From Firmicutes bacterium UBA2296 (GTDB lineage: Bacteria; Bacillota; UBA994): 35,492 nt of DNA. The stretch covers positions 1 through 35,492 of the forward strand of contig DDWC01000034.1 of the NCBI GenBank assembly GCA_002345475.1, in the 5' to 3' direction. Position numbers and translations under genes: made by a program. Of the stretch, positions 33,876 through 35,492 are shown in pieces (the stretch's first letter is position 1; each line of letters begins with the position of its first letter). Below the pieces are notes generated by a model. It was not told the origin of the DNA. It ran no database searches and saw only the letters and a list, made by a program, of their open reading frames with translations.

Positions 33876-34382
33876 ATGCTCGTTTTAGGTATAGATCCAG
33901 GTCTGGCTACCACCGGTTTTGCCGTGGTGCAGGAAACCAGGGACAAGGCGCAGCTACTGTCCTATGGATGTATTCGCACGCCCGCAGGCATGCCTGAGCC
34001 CGACCGCCTGGTAATGTTATACCGCGGGGTGAAGGAACTCCTTGCCGCAAGCGCTATTGACTGCCTGGCCATAGAGAAGCTGTTTTTTAACACCAACGTC
34101 ACCACGGCGCTATCCGTCGGACAGGCGCGTGGTGTCGTTTTGCTGGCTGCCGCAGAACAGAGCGTAGATATAGCCGAATATACCCCGCTGCAGGTAAAGC
34201 AGGCGGTGGCCGGTTACGGCCGGGCCGAAAAGGTCCAGGTACAACGCATGGTACAATCACTATTGGGACTGAAGGAAATCCTTCGTCCTGACGACGCTGC
34301 CGACGCCGCCGCCATTTGTCTGTGTCATCTGCAATCATATCGTTTTGGCGGTGCGGTAAAGAGGGGGGAAAAGGGTGTATAG
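33876..34382 (+). CDS. ruvC: crossover junction endodeoxyribonuclease RuvC
   Basis: A 168-aa ORF with MLVLGIDPGLATTGFAVV (catalytic Asp), AIEKLFF and DAADAAAICLCH. Confidence 0.92.
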   Translation: MLVLGIDPGLATTGFAVVQETRDKAQLLSYGCIRTPAGMPEPDRLVMLYRGVKELLAASAIDCLAIEKLFFNTNVTTALSVGQARGVVLLAAAEQSVDIAEYTPLQVKQAVAGYGRAEKVQVQRMVQSLLGLKEILRPDDAADAAAICLCHLQSYRFGGAVKRGEKGV

Positions 34383-34983
34383 TTACATCTCGGGTACATT
34401 AAAAGCAAAACTCCCTGGAGCTGCAGTGGTGGACAATCAGGGTATAGGATATCGCATCAACACGGCCGACAGAGCTTTGTCAGGGCTCGAAATAGGGTCG
34501 CAGGTCCTTTTTCACACCTTTCTACACGTCCGCGAGGAAATTCTGGCCCTCTACGGCTTCCCTGAAGCCGAGGGAGTATCGCTTTTTGAACTACTCCTTT
34601 CTGTGTCCGGTATTGGGCCCAAGGCAGCTCTGGCAATTTGTGAGCTGGGTTCAGCGGCCCAGATTTACGGGGCCATTGTCGCCAGAGATATCACGTGGCT
34701 TACCAGAGCTCAGGGTGTGGGCAAGAAGACGGCTGAGCGCCTTGTCCTTGAGCTAAAAGAGAAGATAGGCAAGGATTTTTCTGCCGCTCCGCACACCGGA
34801 GCCACTGCTGCTGGAGACCTTGGAGATCTGGCCGGGCAGGCTATCGCCGCTCTGGAAGGGCTTGGTTACCGCGCCGGAGAGACCCAACCCCTGGTGGCCC
34901 AGGCCATGGCTCTGCTGGGATCCAACACTAACCTCGAAGCGTTGCTGCGGGCAGTACTTCGTAACATGGCACAAGGCAGGTGA
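34375..34983 (+). CDS. ruvA: Holliday junction branch migration protein RuvA
   Basis: A 202-aa ORF whose GTG start overlaps ruvC by 8 nt. It carries YSYISGTL, the helix-hairpin-helix [13 protein letters not shown], and [15 protein letters not shown]. Confidence 0.9.
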   Translation: MYSYISGTLKAKLPGAAVVDNQGIGYRINTADRALSGLEIGSQVLFHTFLHVREEILALYGFPEAEGVSLFELLLSVSGIGPKAALAICELGSAAQIYGAIVARDITWLTRAQGVGKKTAERLVLELKEKIGKDFSAAPHTGATAAGDLGDLAGQAIAALEGLGYRAGETQPLVAQAMALLGSNTNLEALLRAVLRNMAQGR

Positions 34984-34988
34984 ATCCG

Positions 34989-35492
34989 ATGATCGAAGAA
35001 CGCATAGTGTCACCGGCAGAAATTCTGAGTGACGAGGAAAACGCCGAGAAGAGTCTGCGTCCGCGTTCCCTGAGCGAGTACATAGGGCAGGAGAAGGCCA
35101 AGGAGAACATGCGTATTTTCATCGAAGCTGCTCTTAAGCGGAGGGAAGCATTGGACCATGTTCTTCTCTATGGACCGCCCGGTCTCGGCAAAACCACGCT
35201 GGCAGGCATCATCGCTAATGAACTTGGGGTTAATCTTCGAATCACCTCCGGACCGGCGATTGAACGGCCCGGCGATTTGGCTGCCATCCTGACCAACCTG
35301 GGTGATGGCGACTGCCTCTTCATCGATGAAATACATCGGCTCAGCCGCTCCGTCGAAGAAGTCCTGTATCCGGCAATGGAGGATTACGCGCTGGATATTG
35401 TGATAGGTAAAGGGCCTTCGGCACGCAGCATCAGACTGGATCTACCCAGGTTTACTCTGGTCGGGGCCACCACCCGGGCTGGGGCGTTGTCC
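34989..35492 (+). CDS. ruvB: Holliday junction DNA helicase RuvB, N-terminal 168 aa (runs off the right edge)
   Basis: My own translation; the ORF is absent from the track because it is open at the edge. It reads [80 protein letters not shown]..., with Walker A motif GPPGLGKTT. The ATG lies 5 nt after the ruvA stop. Confidence 0.9.
   Translation, partial: MIEERIVSPAEILSDEENAEKSLRPRSLSEYIGQEKAKENMRIFIEAALKRREALDHVLLYGPPGLGKTTLAGIIANELGVNLRITSGPAIERPGDLAAILTNLGDGDCLFIDEIHRLSRSVEEVLYPAMEDYALDIVIGKGPSARSIRLDLPRFTLVGATTRAGALS

Overview
This is a 35.5-kb chromosomal window from a moderately GC-rich, Gram-positive-type anaerobe. The gene set is Clostridia-like and most genes have GGAGG-type Shine-Dalgarno sites, but the taxon cannot be fixed by eye.

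Layout:
- (i) 1-3.2 kb is a visibly AT-richer accessory segment. It holds the 5' part of a sigma-70-family factor (open at the left edge), an AbiEi/AbiEii type IV toxin-antitoxin / abortive-infection pair, and a GNAT.
- (ii) 3.2-8.6 kb is a peptidase-rich cluster: M24, GNAT, DUF2249, an AbgB-like M20 and an M14.
- (iii) 9-15.7 kb holds a PflX-type radical SAM gene, a DUF2087 regulator, glnS, a DJ-1/PfpI lipoprotein, an OYE-type flavin oxidoreductase and a class II fba.
- (iv) One IS1182-like insertion sequence sits at about 15.84-17.54 kb.
- (v) 17.8-35.5 kb is housekeeping: rex, efp, an Xaa-Pro peptidase, aroQ, two tandem amidohydrolases, a 5'-truncated aroB remnant, a two-domain FMN-binding lipoprotein, two CNNM/CorC genes, ylbF-ychF, nadE, yebC, a four-gene operon of membrane proteins I cannot assign, and ruvC-ruvA-ruvB (ruvB open at the right edge).

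I saw no rRNA, tRNA or CRISPR.

The most unusual content is non-coding. Seven of the roughly sixteen larger intergenic spacers between 8.6 and 34 kb are filled with mosaics of short tandem repeats, mostly 7-nt units and locally 10-nt. Each mosaic keeps one register across a whole block. The same unit families recur in both orientations, and they are often arranged as inverted arrays. One such block abuts the breakpoint of the truncated aroB, and the IS sits inside another.

The best protein-level candidate for an undescribed system is the self-contained four-gene membrane operon (30.6-33.7 kb) between yebC and ruvC.

All calls rest on reading the sequence and the ORF track by eye. No database search was possible.
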